Positions 34,853 through 44,377 of a stretch of DNA of 53,710 nt are shown piece after piece. Position 1 is the stretch's first letter; the number at the start of each line of letters is the position of its first letter. The position numbers were made by a program, and so were the translations under genes. Origin of the DNA: Microcoleaceae cyanobacterium UBA9251 (GTDB lineage Bacteria; Cyanobacteriota; Cyanobacteriia; Cyanobacteriales; Microcoleaceae); NCBI GenBank assembly GCA_003542015.1, contig DPLL01000480.1, positions 213-53,922 on the forward strand, given 5' to 3'. A model generated the notes under the pieces. That model saw only the letters and a list, made by a program, of their open reading frames with translations. It did not search any database and was not told the DNA's origin.

Positions 34853-35911
34853 TTAAACTAAGCAACTGTTAAGTTGTTCTCGAATTTGAGCGGTATCTAA
34901 GTTACGACCGATGACTACGAGTTGATTTTTAGGTGAAGTCAACCATTCGTAAGCATTTAGTTCATAGCGCGCGCCGCTGAGTTGAAAAATGTGTCTCATT
35001 GGACTGTCTGCAAACCAGAGAATGCCTTTTGCTCGAAATACATCGCAGGGCATTTCTTCGGTGAGAAATTCTTGGAATTTGTGGAGATCAAAAGGTCGAT
35101 CGCTCTGAAATGATAGCGAAACAAATCCATCATTATCTAAGTGATTGGAGTGATGTCCGTGATGATGTTCGTGTTCGTGATGCTCGTGATGGTGATGTTC
35201 GTGATGATGTTCGTGTTCGTGATGCTCGTGTTTTTCCTCAGTTTCAAAACTATCGAAAAGATCGGCTTGCGTCAAACCCACACCCAAAATTAAGGGTAAA
35301 GGAACTTCACCATGTTGAGAGTATAAAATTCTCGATCCTTCCTTGACTGTGCGAATGTAAGCTTCTAATTCTTCTACTTTTTCTGAAGGAGCTAAATCAG
35401 TTTTGTTCAGCAGCACAATATCTGCGAATGCTACTTGTTTTAAAGCTGCTTCGCTGTCAAAATGATCGGTGGTGAATGTTTCGCTATCGACTACAGTGAG
35501 TACAGAATCTAGACTGGTTAAATCCCGCAATTCTGTGCCGAGAAATGTCAATATAATCGGCAGTGGATCGGCAACTCCCGTGGTTTCAATCACCATGCAG
35601 TCGATGCGGTCTTCCCGTTCTAAAACTCGGTATACGGCATCGACTAAGCCTTCGTTGATGGTACAACAAATACAGCCGTTGCTCAGTTCTACCATGTCGT
35701 CTTCGGTAGAAATTAAAAGCTGTGAATCGATGTTGATATCGCCAAATTCGTTAACTAAAACTGCAACTTTTAAATCTTGGCGGTTTTTGAGAATTTGATT
35801 GAGTAAAGTCGTTTTTCCGCTGCCGAGAAAGCCGGTAATTATGGTTACTGGCATTCCTCTTTTGGGAAAATCGGAAACTAAATCTGGGGTTTGTATAGTG
35901 AGATTAGTCAT
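34853..35911 (-). CDS. COG0523/CobW-family metallochaperone GTPase
   Basis: GFLGSGKT, NEFG, GCICC, ETTG, NKTD, His/Glu-rich tract, RAKG. Confidence 0.95.
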   Translation of the reverse strand: MTNLTIQTPDLVSDFPKRGMPVTIITGFLGSGKTTLLNQILKNRQDLKVAVLVNEFGDINIDSQLLISTEDDMVELSNGCICCTINEGLVDAVYRVLEREDRIDCMVIETTGVADPLPIILTFLGTELRDLTSLDSVLTVVDSETFTTDHFDSEAALKQVAFADIVLLNKTDLAPSEKVEELEAYIRTVKEGSRILYSQHGEVPLPLILGVGLTQADLFDSFETEEKHEHHEHEHHHEHHHHEHHEHEHHHGHHSNHLDNDGFVSLSFQSDRPFDLHKFQEFLTEEMPCDVFRAKGILWFADSPMRHIFQLSGARYELNAYEWLTSPKNQLVVIGRNLDTAQIREQLNSCLV

Positions 35912-36040
35912 TGTCCCTCATTGATTAATTGTAGAGGCCCTGCTGTCAATTTGGAACACTGCTAAGCATCCCAAGGTAATTGTCGATCGCACTTGATAGC
36001 TGAAACACAGGTAATACGGGCGATCGCACCAGATCGTGTA

Positions 36041-36055
36041 TGATAATCGTTCTCA
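36041..36055. promoter_or_regulatory. Zur-box-like site upstream of COG0523
   Basis: TGATAATCGTTCTCA. Confidence 0.7.
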
Positions 36056-36101
36056 TTATACCCTAAGAGTTTCTTTACGCACAAGCCCTAGAATTAATGC
36101 A

Positions 36102-36830
36102 CTATAATTGAAACCCCTTTTTCCCTCCATAATGCACTGTCTTAAATTGGACGCGATCGCTGTCAGGATTATATAGAGCGTAGGTTGCTACTCCAGGTTT
36201 GCGGCCCACATTCCCGACTCCGATCGCCCTCCGTGCAGTTGCAGACACGGTTCCAGGTGGCTCCTGAGAGTCCAAAGTCTGTACCCAGTTATTGATAATA
36301 CTTGGCTGTAATTGATACTCAAATGCTAAGCCCGATCGCCCGCAAAACAAAGTATTAGCATCAGCGCGGATCACGCGATCGAGCATCACAGGCGGCGGAG
36401 TCTCCGGGGTAAGCTCATCAGACGCACCAACCGTACTCCCGTGAATCAACAAACAATCCAATTCATGAAAACCAAAATTCAAAGAGCGCAACCACTCTAC
36501 AGTTTTCCGACTCACGGAATCCCAGAGCAACTTAATCGTATCTGCACCGTATTTTTCTCGCAATTCTGTCGCATCAGGGCTAGAACCTATTCCGTGTAAG
36601 TTGAAACACTGTTCTTCCCACCACCCGATACAGATTTGAGGTTCGATTTCTCCTCGTTTGGGCGATCGGACTCGCTGCACTAATTTTTCGCAATCGGGAT
36701 TCGGGCCGACTAAATCGCCTAAAATATACAATTCGTCAACGCGAATTCTCAGGCGCTTTATGTCAGCTACTACAGCTTCGTAAGCAATTAAATTCCCTTC
36801 GATTCCTGTTAAGATTGCCCAGTTTTTCAT
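36102..36830 (-). CDS. Degenerate metallophosphoesterase-fold protein
   Basis: GIEGN, LGDLVG, GWWE, HGS, CGRS at the five motif positions. Confidence 0.8.
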   Translation of the reverse strand: MKNWAILTGIEGNLIAYEAVVADIKRLRIRVDELYILGDLVGPNPDCEKLVQRVRSPKRGEIEPQICIGWWEEQCFNLHGIGSSPDATELREKYGADTIKLLWDSVSRKTVEWLRSLNFGFHELDCLLIHGSTVGASDELTPETPPPVMLDRVIRADANTLFCGRSGLAFEYQLQPSIINNWVQTLDSQEPPGTVSATARRAIGVGNVGRKPGVATYALYNPDSDRVQFKTVHYGGKKGFQL

Positions 36831-37005
36831 TATTTATTTGTTGATTGTTGGTGATGCTAAAGGTTTGTTTTCTTCGGACTTTGTTTTGAACGAACCGCGA
36901 AGGCGCGAAGGACGCGAAGGAAGAGAAGGGAAGAGAAGAGTGTACTCTTAGTCCGCGTCGGCGGACTTCGTTTGTGTAGTAGCGGTTTCAACCGCCTAGT
37001 CTTAT

Positions 37006-37821
37006 TTATCTCTCACAAACATGAGTCGGATCATCAGCTCTTTCGGCATATTCCAAACCTCTAGCCAAACGCCATGCAAAAATCGGCGGCAAGCCTTTTT
37101 CAAGAATTGCAGCGCAAGTAGCTTGATAGTCATATTGGACTTCTCGCAACATAACTTGTTGAGCGTCAACATCGTAAATAACGTAGGTAGCATTCGGTCT
37201 ACCGTGGCGCGGTTCTCCTACAGAACCAACATTCACAATCCGCTTTAAAGGAGCAGTAAAACTTAAATCTTTGTCTCCTTCAATGCTCGGCCCGCTGACT
37301 CTAAATTGCATATTGCCAGCGTCTAAAGTTCGGACGTAGGGTACATGAGTGTGACCGCAAAACAGCACATCAGCACCCGCAGAAAATACTCGTTCTAAGG
37401 CAGAAAAAGCATCCATTGTCGGCAGTAAATATTCATGATTACTGTGAGGGCTGCCGTGAACGAAACACATATTGTCTTCCCGCAAACTGTGTGGCAAAGT
37501 AGCTAAATATTCTCGCGTTTCTGGGAATATTTGACTGTTAGTCCATTCGTGAGCTAATTTGCCTCTTTTTTCTGCTAAAACTGAGGGATAGCTACATTCG
37601 CAGGAGTTCAAACCTTCGACAATATCTTCGTCCCAACAGCCGACGCAGGTGGGAATGTCGAGCGAGCGAATCATTTCAACTACTGCGTGAGGATGCGGGC
37701 CGTAACCGACTAAATCTCCGAGACAAAAGATTTTGTCGGCTTTTTGTTCGTCAATATCTGATAAAACTGCATTTAAGGCTTCGTAGTTGCCGTGAATGCA
37801 GGACATAGCTGCTATTTTCAT
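37006..37821 (-). CDS. Metallophosphoesterase family protein
   Basis: SCIHGN, GDLVGYG, GCWD, HGSP, GHTH, NVGSVG; ATGA overlap with the upstream gene. Confidence 0.9.
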   Translation of the reverse strand: MKIAAMSCIHGNYEALNAVLSDIDEQKADKIFCLGDLVGYGPHPHAVVEMIRSLDIPTCVGCWDEDIVEGLNSCECSYPSVLAEKRGKLAHEWTNSQIFPETREYLATLPHSLREDNMCFVHGSPHSNHEYLLPTMDAFSALERVFSAGADVLFCGHTHVPYVRTLDAGNMQFRVSGPSIEGDKDLSFTAPLKRIVNVGSVGEPRHGRPNATYVIYDVDAQQVMLREVQYDYQATCAAILEKGLPPIFAWRLARGLEYAERADDPTHVCER

Positions 37822-38594
37822 TCGGTTTCTTCTACTGATAAAAGTGATTGTTTGACTTGTTGTTGGTAATTCAACATGATTGTTTCGGACAAACAGCAAT
37901 CTTCTAGGGTTTGTCCTAATGCTGTTTCATCGAGATTTTCGCCGATTATTTCTATGCCGCTAAATCTTTGAGGGCGTCCTTCGAGCCAGCGGGGAAGCGG
38001 CATTTCTTCGTGGGCGGTTTCTTGAAAGGCGGCGGCGAAATCGAAGTAAAACGATCGCCCGTCGGCTATGTCAAAAATAGCTTTAGCGCGATGGATTTTG
38101 CCGTAGGCTCCTTGGGTCATTTCTTCATACCAAAACAGATCGAGGCTGGCTGGATCGAGGACTTGTCCGCTGGTGGGGCTGCGCCAAATTGATAGTTTTT
38201 CTCGTTCGCCGCTAACGGCTATTCCTTCGACAATTAGATCGCCCCATTGATGCCATTCGGTGTCTTTGATTTCTGGTGGTAGAACGGCAATCCGGCGGCT
38301 GGGGAAGCTTTGGAGCAGGTTTTCTACTGTTGTTAGTTGCAGGTAAAATCCTAGTTCGATGTAGGCTGAAACGCCGTTTTGCAGGTGTTTTAGGAGTTGG
38401 GACTCTTCGCCGTCTGTCAGGGTTGGGATTTGCCCAAATTCGGCGGCGATGCAGGTTTGGTCGATCGGCACATTGCCGGTTCCGGGACTGAAATACAGTG
38501 CTGGACAGGTTTCGGCTGCTAACTGCTGTCGAATCCAGGTTGTTTTGCCACTTCCGGGCGGGCCCGCTACGGCGGTGATTATAGGTTGACTCAT
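37818..38594 (-). CDS. P-loop protein with CobW_C-like C-terminus
   Basis: GPPGSGKT; GAYGKIHRAKAIF; no CxCC. Confidence 0.7.
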   Translation of the reverse strand: MSQPIITAVAGPPGSGKTTWIRQQLAAETCPALYFSPGTGNVPIDQTCIAAEFGQIPTLTDGEESQLLKHLQNGVSAYIELGFYLQLTTVENLLQSFPSRRIAVLPPEIKDTEWHQWGDLIVEGIAVSGEREKLSIWRSPTSGQVLDPASLDLFWYEEMTQGAYGKIHRAKAIFDIADGRSFYFDFAAAFQETAHEEMPLPRWLEGRPQRFSGIEIIGENLDETALGQTLEDCCLSETIMLNYQQQVKQSLLSVEETE

Positions 38595-38602
38595 AAACTC
38601 AA

Positions 38603-38617
38603 TGATAATCGTTCTCA
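38603..38617. promoter_or_regulatory. Zur-box-like site
   Basis: TGATAATCGTTCTCA, identical to 36041-36055. Confidence 0.75.
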
Positions 38618-38826
38618 GTCAATTCTGTTCTTAAATATTTAGATTTAATTTGGCGATCGGGCAGGATGTGCGATCCACAAGAGCTTAGCGTTTCGAGGTG
38701 GCTCAAGACCTACGGGCAACTCCTGTAACTAGCATTACCAACTTTGATGCGTCAACTCACTGTAATAATCGCGATCAGCCCGCTCTCATCGCCTAAAATA
38801 ACACTTAACACTTTAAGAATTATACC

Positions 38827-39681
38827 ATGACTAAACCTACTGCAACCCTTTTAATCTCCTGTCCCGATCGCAAAGGACTTGTCGCCTTACTTGCCAATTT
38901 TATCGCCTCCCATAACGGCAATATCATCCACGCCGATCACCACACAGATTTTACCGCCGGATTATTTCTGAGTAGGCTAGAATGGCAATTAGACGGTTTT
39001 GAATTGAAAACCGAAGAAATAACACCGGCTTTTAGTGAAATTGCCAAGGATTTACAAGCCAATTGGCAATTACATTTCTCCCATAAAATTCGACGAATCG
39101 CACTCTGGGTAAGTCGTCAAGATCATTGTTTATTAGACTTGATTTGGCGACAACGAGCTAAAGAAATCATGGGTGAAATTCCCCTGATTATCAGTAACCA
39201 TGAAAATCTCAAGCCCATAGCCGCACAATATGGTATCGACTTTGAGTATATTCCCATTACCAAAGACAATAAAGCTATTCAAGAAGCACAACAGTTAGAA
39301 CTTCTTAATAAGTATAACATTGATTTAGTAGTTTTGGCGAAATATATGCAAATTTTGAGTCAAGACTTTATGATCAAATTTCCCAATGTGATTAATATTC
39401 ACCATTCATTTTTACCCGCGTTTGTGGGTGCAAATCCCTACGAAAGGGCTTATGAAAGAGGGGTGAAAATTATTGGTGCAACAGCCCACTATGTTACACC
39501 AGATTTAGATGCTGGCCCGATTATCGAACAAGATGTTGTCCGTGTGAGTCACCGCGATGAAGTGTCTGATTTGGTTCGCAAAGGTAAAGATTTAGAAAGA
39601 GTTGTTTTAGCAAGAGCCGTGCGGTATCATTTACAGGATCGTGTTTTAGTTTATGGCAATCGCACTGTTGTTTTTGCTTGA
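38827..39681 (+). CDS. purU: Formyltetrahydrofolate deformylase
   Basis: ACT domain, LAKYMQIL, INIHHSFLP, GATAHYVT, DAGPII. Confidence 0.96.
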   Translation: MTKPTATLLISCPDRKGLVALLANFIASHNGNIIHADHHTDFTAGLFLSRLEWQLDGFELKTEEITPAFSEIAKDLQANWQLHFSHKIRRIALWVSRQDHCLLDLIWRQRAKEIMGEIPLIISNHENLKPIAAQYGIDFEYIPITKDNKAIQEAQQLELLNKYNIDLVVLAKYMQILSQDFMIKFPNVINIHHSFLPAFVGANPYERAYERGVKIIGATAHYVTPDLDAGPIIEQDVVRVSHRDEVSDLVRKGKDLERVVLARAVRYHLQDRVLVYGNRTVVFA

Positions 39682-39943
39682 CAATTAAGTCTCATACCAA
39701 ATCCTGGTTTGTTACCCCTTTTATCGCTCGGCGATTGAAATCGCTACTACACAAACGAAGTCCGCGCGGACTGAAGAAAAGACGGATAATCAAAGCGGAT
39801 TTGGTATAGCAACCCTAAATCATTTGCGTAATTATTGTAGGGGCAATCCCCCCGTGGTTGCCCCGATAGATAGGGGGTAGGCACTCTTGGCACTACCCCT
39901 ACAAATTTATCTGAATGATTTAGGATTGCTATATGACTAATTA

Positions 39944-40579
39944 CTAATTGCTAAAAGGTGGTAGCTGAAGTAACTGGTTTTTAGCAGGTGGAAGTTGAGC
40001 GGGATTTCTGCCAGTTTGAGCGGGAGTTTGGCGGATTTCGATCGCACTTTCGCCCGGATTTTCCGTGGTAGTAGGTACTATCTCTAAAGAATATACTGTC
40101 TCTGTTCTTACAGAGGCCGGATTTTGTGCTTTTGTGAGCAAGTCAATAGCATCTCCGAGAGCAGTAGTTAAATTTTTGCTAGTTTCGGCGTGACGAGTTT
40201 GTTCTTGCTGGAGGGCTTGAGTGAGTTGTTTGATTTGTTCGATCGCCCGATCGCGCTCTGAGAGTACCATAACTAATTTAGCTTTAAGTTCGCCAACTGT
40301 TCGCTGTTTTTCAACTTCCTGCTGGCGAGCAATTCCAGCTTCGTCGCCTTCAGAGACAATGGGGGAGAAAGTTTGGAGTTGCTGTATTTGTGCTTCCAAA
40401 TTGGCGATCGTTTGCTGAGTTAATTTAACATCATTCCGCCGCTGTTCTGCTTCGGTATTATAGAGTTGGCGCCACTGAGCCGCGCTTTCACTGGCTTCAT
40501 CGCGATCGCGCGATGCTTCTGTTAACTGCTTTTGCAGTCGCTTAATTTCATCTAACCACTGTCTGATATCCTGAGTCAT
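39944..40579 (-). CDS. Coiled-coil hypothetical protein
   Basis: Q/E/L-rich heptad pattern. Confidence 0.75.
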   Translation of the reverse strand: MTQDIRQWLDEIKRLQKQLTEASRDRDEASESAAQWRQLYNTEAEQRRNDVKLTQQTIANLEAQIQQLQTFSPIVSEGDEAGIARQQEVEKQRTVGELKAKLVMVLSERDRAIEQIKQLTQALQQEQTRHAETSKNLTTALGDAIDLLTKAQNPASVRTETVYSLEIVPTTTENPGESAIEIRQTPAQTGRNPAQLPPAKNQLLQLPPFSN

Positions 40580-40759
40580 AATCTTGATTTTAGATTTTAG
40601 ATTTTAGATTTTAGATTGAGAAATTGGGAATTGCGAATTGGTAATGGCTCAATTCATTCATTCCTGGAAGCACAGACACTATTTGTAGGGTGCTTATGGG
40701 CGCACCCGGATAAATAGTGTAAAAATTGCCGATCGGCGCGTAAGTCATATAATTAACAC

Positions 40760-41842
40760 TTGTCATTTCCAGTTGTCGCCCCTAAGTTTATTTTCCATTT
40801 TCCATTGCCCCGTTTCCTGTGCATTATGAACATTTTTTACTGGCTGCGCTACTTGATTTTAGCTTTGTTTCGGGTGCTTTTGAAGCTGCTGAGAGCTATC
40901 AAAAAGAAATTTGGTCACTTTTGGCTTTTTTGTCGATGTTTGACTTGGAGCACGCTTAGGGAGGTCTGCGTGAAGGCAGGAGAGCAGCGGTTGCCGGGGC
41001 TGTCGGCGGAAATGGCCTACAATTCTATGCTGGCGCTGTTTCCGGGGCTGTTGGCTGTGTTATCGGCGATCGGGCTATTTGAATCTTTGCAATCAACACT
41101 TTATCAAATCGCCGGTCTTTTAGGCGAAGTCATACCCGATGAAGCCCGAAAATTGATTCGCAGTTCCCTCGCAGAAATCCTTTTATATCGCAATCAAGAA
41201 CTATTTTCTCTGAGTTTTGTAGCATCCTTGTGGGCATTTTCTGGAGTAATGAGCGCGGCAATGGCTGCACTCGATCGCATCCATGAAATCTCCCCCGATC
41301 GAACTCGGTCTTTTTTGAAAGCCAAACTTATTGCTTTGGCGCTAAGTATCGGCACAATCATACTATTAATTATAGCATCTGGAGCAGTATTTGTCAGCGA
41401 CTTAATTGTACAAGCTATTTCCCGCCAGAGTTGTCTGCTGGAGTCCGTTGCTAATTGCAATTTAAAAGAGTTTAAAAGTTGCCTGCTCCCCGCCGCAAGT
41501 TGCCCTTTAGAGTCGGAACTTTTAGCTATTTGGGGGCTGTGGCGCTGGCCTAGTTCTTTGGGAATTGTATCAGTTGCCTTTGCCTTTGTTTACCGTTACG
41601 GGCCCAGCCGACACCAAGGAGACATTCCGATTTTTTCCGGCGCTGTTTTTGCCGCTATTTTGTGGGCGTTGATTTCAGCTTTGTTTCGGTTTTATGTTTT
41701 GCATTTGGGCAATTACAGTTGGACTTACGGGACGATCGGCACTTTTATTGTTTTGCTGTTGTGGCTCTATCTTTGTTCTTTGGTGATGCTGATCGGAGCT
41801 CAGTTGAATGTGACAGTTGGGAAAGCAATGAAACTAAAATAA
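40760..41842 (+). CDS. YihY/BrkB family membrane protein (start uncertain)
   Basis: SAEMAY...LFP, YRYGP, YGTIG...LLWLY...IGAQLN. Confidence 0.9.
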   Translation: MSFPVVAPKFIFHFPLPRFLCIMNIFYWLRYLILALFRVLLKLLRAIKKKFGHFWLFCRCLTWSTLREVCVKAGEQRLPGLSAEMAYNSMLALFPGLLAVLSAIGLFESLQSTLYQIAGLLGEVIPDEARKLIRSSLAEILLYRNQELFSLSFVASLWAFSGVMSAAMAALDRIHEISPDRTRSFLKAKLIALALSIGTIILLIIASGAVFVSDLIVQAISRQSCLLESVANCNLKEFKSCLLPAASCPLESELLAIWGLWRWPSSLGIVSVAFAFVYRYGPSRHQGDIPIFSGAVFAAILWALISALFRFYVLHLGNYSWTYGTIGTFIVLLLWLYLCSLVMLIGAQLNVTVGKAMKLK

Positions 41843-42010
41843 TGGGCATTGGGCATTGGGCATTGGGCATTGGGCATTGGGCATTGGTTATTATTTGCTC
41901 CCTCTTTCCTCTTCCTTCTTCCTGACATCTGTTACATCTATTACATCCGTTACATCCGTTACAGAATCCGTTGCCGAACTTCCTTCTTTTGTTAATTTCC
42001 CGATAGCCGC

Positions 42011-42196
42011 TCACCTACGCAGTAAAGTGCTAAGGATACCCGCAACAAAAGAAAGCAAAATCAGTATCCAAATAACAGCACCGGGAATGAATGTCAAGAG
42101 GCCAACACCTCTCAGAATCCAAACTAGCAAGGTTATACCTAGGATAGTGAAAAAGATGCCGGTTGATAGTCGCATTTGAAATTTAGGAGAATTAGT
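42011..42196 (-). CDS. Small two-TM membrane protein
   Basis: WILRGVGLLTFIPG between two hydrophobic helices; start uncertain. Confidence 0.6.
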   Translation of the reverse strand, partial: TNSPKFQMRLSTGIFFTILGITLLVWILRGVGLLTFIPGAVIWILILLSFVAGILSTLLRR

Positions 42197-42197
42197 C

Positions 42198-42860
42198 ATG
42201 TTGAATATCAAAATTTTGTCTGGATCAATGATAGCTGTTTTATTGGCGATCGGCTCTTATCTGGGAGCAATTTCGACTCCCGGTGTCGCTGTCGCCCGTG
42301 GGGGTACGAATCCGCTGGGAGAAGCGGCAAATGCTGCTCAAAAAACACCCTCTGCAAGTTTAACAATTTCCGATCGCACAATTGGAGCAGCTCAGGCGGG
42401 GATGACTTTCGGACAACTGAAAAAGGCACTGGGTTCCACGGCGCAGTTTAAGGTCGAATCTCCTTTTATGGTAGACTTTGATGCTGTGGCTGTCAGCCAG
42501 TCGGGAAAAGTGCAATATCGGATTATTTATGCTGCGAGTACAAAGCTTAAAGATGGCGATGTCATTGAACTTTTAAGGACTGACAATGCCAATTATAAAA
42601 CAGTTCAGGGTGTCGGGCCAGGAATGACTCTGAAACAAGCAGAGGCAATTTACGGCCAAGCTACTTTATCTTATAATGTGGATAATGAATCGAGAGAAGG
42701 GGTTGTTTTTGCCAAGCAACCCACTAACAAAATTATGTTTGTACCCAAGGCTGAAGGGAAGCAATTTGCGGGAGTTTATGGCGCTGGTAAAGGGGGTTTT
42801 TATCAGACTAAGAAGTATCAGCCGAATGCTGTAATTAAGTCTGTGATGGTGCGGAAGTAA
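42198..42860 (+). CDS. Secreted hypothetical protein
   Basis: Signal peptide; internal repeat IGAAQAGMT / GVGPGMT. Confidence 0.75.
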   Translation: MLNIKILSGSMIAVLLAIGSYLGAISTPGVAVARGGTNPLGEAANAAQKTPSASLTISDRTIGAAQAGMTFGQLKKALGSTAQFKVESPFMVDFDAVAVSQSGKVQYRIIYAASTKLKDGDVIELLRTDNANYKTVQGVGPGMTLKQAEAIYGQATLSYNVDNESREGVVFAKQPTNKIMFVPKAEGKQFAGVYGAGKGGFYQTKKYQPNAVIKSVMVRK

Positions 42861-43039
42861 GTTATCAATCCTGGATGCAAAAACCCGGTTTCTCTAATTG
42901 CGTCATATTAGGTTGATGGCGCGAGAAACCGGGTTTTTTGCTGTTTCTGCGGGCTGTACGAAGTATTCTCGCAAAAACTGCTGGTTGAGCGAAGTCGAAA
43001 CCCGGTTTCTGGCCACCCGTGCGTGCAGGACTATAAAAA

Positions 43040-43732
43040 TTAAGGATTACCTGTGGGTAACTCCAAATACTCTTCATTGTCAAGATAATCTCTGATATTT
43101 TCCAGTATTTGCGTCAAATACTCTACGACTTCTTCCTTCATTTCTAATAGTTGCTTAATTGTCTGATCTCGCCCAACTTCCTCAAAAGACTTAATGCCGT
43201 GCGCTAAGTCATTTCTATTACTTTTAATAACTACAAGATTTTGTCCGTTGTTTGTCTTAGCAAAGTCTGTTTGATATGAAAAACCGTATTTGTCTGCTAT
43301 TTCTTTAATTAACCTAGCATCCACATTCCCCGAAAACAGTTCTTCACGTTCAAATGTAGCTGTGATGATATCAGTAGAGAGTTGGTTAATTGTTAAATAA
43401 ATTTTCTTAGGAGAACGATTTTTGAGATTTTGGAGGACAATCAGTTTAATTTGGGGTTTGAGTTGGTCAAAGGAGATTGATTTATTTTTAAAGTCCTCAA
43501 ATATGGCTTCAATCGCATTTCGCATAGTGGATTCAACTAAGTTATACAGCAACAAAAAACCATTAGCTTTGAGAGTTTTTGCTAACTCTGGATCGAGGCT
43601 TTGAATTTGGTATTGGCCCGGAGTATCGAGCAAAGCTAACTTCGTTGTCTGTTTTTCCAAGCTCTCCAGAAAAATGAAGTAATCGTTCACCTCTTTGGCG
43701 CGTGTATTAAAGTCTAAAAATACAGTATTCAT
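43040..43732 (-). CDS. HEPN nuclease, MAE_28990/MAE_18760-like
   Basis: LLLYNLVES, FSGNVD, RNDLAHG (Rx4H). Confidence 0.85.
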   Translation of the reverse strand: MNTVFLDFNTRAKEVNDYFIFLESLEKQTTKLALLDTPGQYQIQSLDPELAKTLKANGFLLLYNLVESTMRNAIEAIFEDFKNKSISFDQLKPQIKLIVLQNLKNRSPKKIYLTINQLSTDIITATFEREELFSGNVDARLIKEIADKYGFSYQTDFAKTNNGQNLVVIKSNRNDLAHGIKSFEEVGRDQTIKQLLEMKEEVVEYLTQILENIRDYLDNEEYLELPTGNP

Positions 43733-43734
43733 GA

Positions 43735-44377
43735 GTGTGACATAGCAGTTAATTGCGGAGATATTCAATACGCGCAACTACTTTATTTCTAAAACGGGTT
43801 GCCTCAGATTTTGTGCACTATGTAAAATGGATTTACATTGCTATTAAAATGATTGTATCCTTTCAAATAAATCTCTTCTGACTTCCTCATTCGCAGCTTC
43901 AGTTAATTGGATCGTCCGAACTGTCTTTCGGTTGAAGTTCCTCTGGCGAGGCATGAGTAAATCACTAAACTTAAATCCATTTAACTGCTCTATTTTTTTG
44001 AGTCCACTTAATGTTAATTCGTTGTTAACAAATCTAGTTAGGGTAAGAATGCGTTGTGCACCGTATACGATCTCTAAACGTGGTTCATCATTTTCATCAT
44101 GACCGATATCAACAACGAATATAGAAGGTATTGGCAGCCCCCAAATTACCGATTCGATAAACTTTGATTGCCTTGCCTCATCCCAAATAAGTTCGCGTTG
44201 GTAGTCAGGAATAAACAACTTATTAGTATCATCGTTAATTCCTTCCATATATTTTTGAACAAGTATTTCGAGTGGGTAGTCTCTCGTATCGTAATTAATT
44301 TCCTGCTGCTTGTCGCGGATTTGCATTTCAGCAGCATTTCTGTCTTGCAGCGTAATTCGTTCTAGTTGCGATCGCAT
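43735..44377 (-). pseudogene. DUF262-domain gene, truncated
   Basis: IPDYQR, FIES, GLPIP, YGAQR, FERI then stop at 43844; degenerate tail to ~43735. Confidence 0.78.

Noticed and set aside
35148..35232. Regular repeat resembling an array
   Set aside because: Encodes the His/Glu tract of COG0523; no spacers
38725..38738. GTA-N8-TAC (NtcA-like) upstream of purU
   Set aside because: No TAN3T at the expected spacing; a short motif that arises by chance
41662..42179. ORFs with GIGHWAL / CNGCNG / TSVTS repeats
   Set aside because: Translations of 7-mer and 9-mer tandem repeats, overlapping real genes
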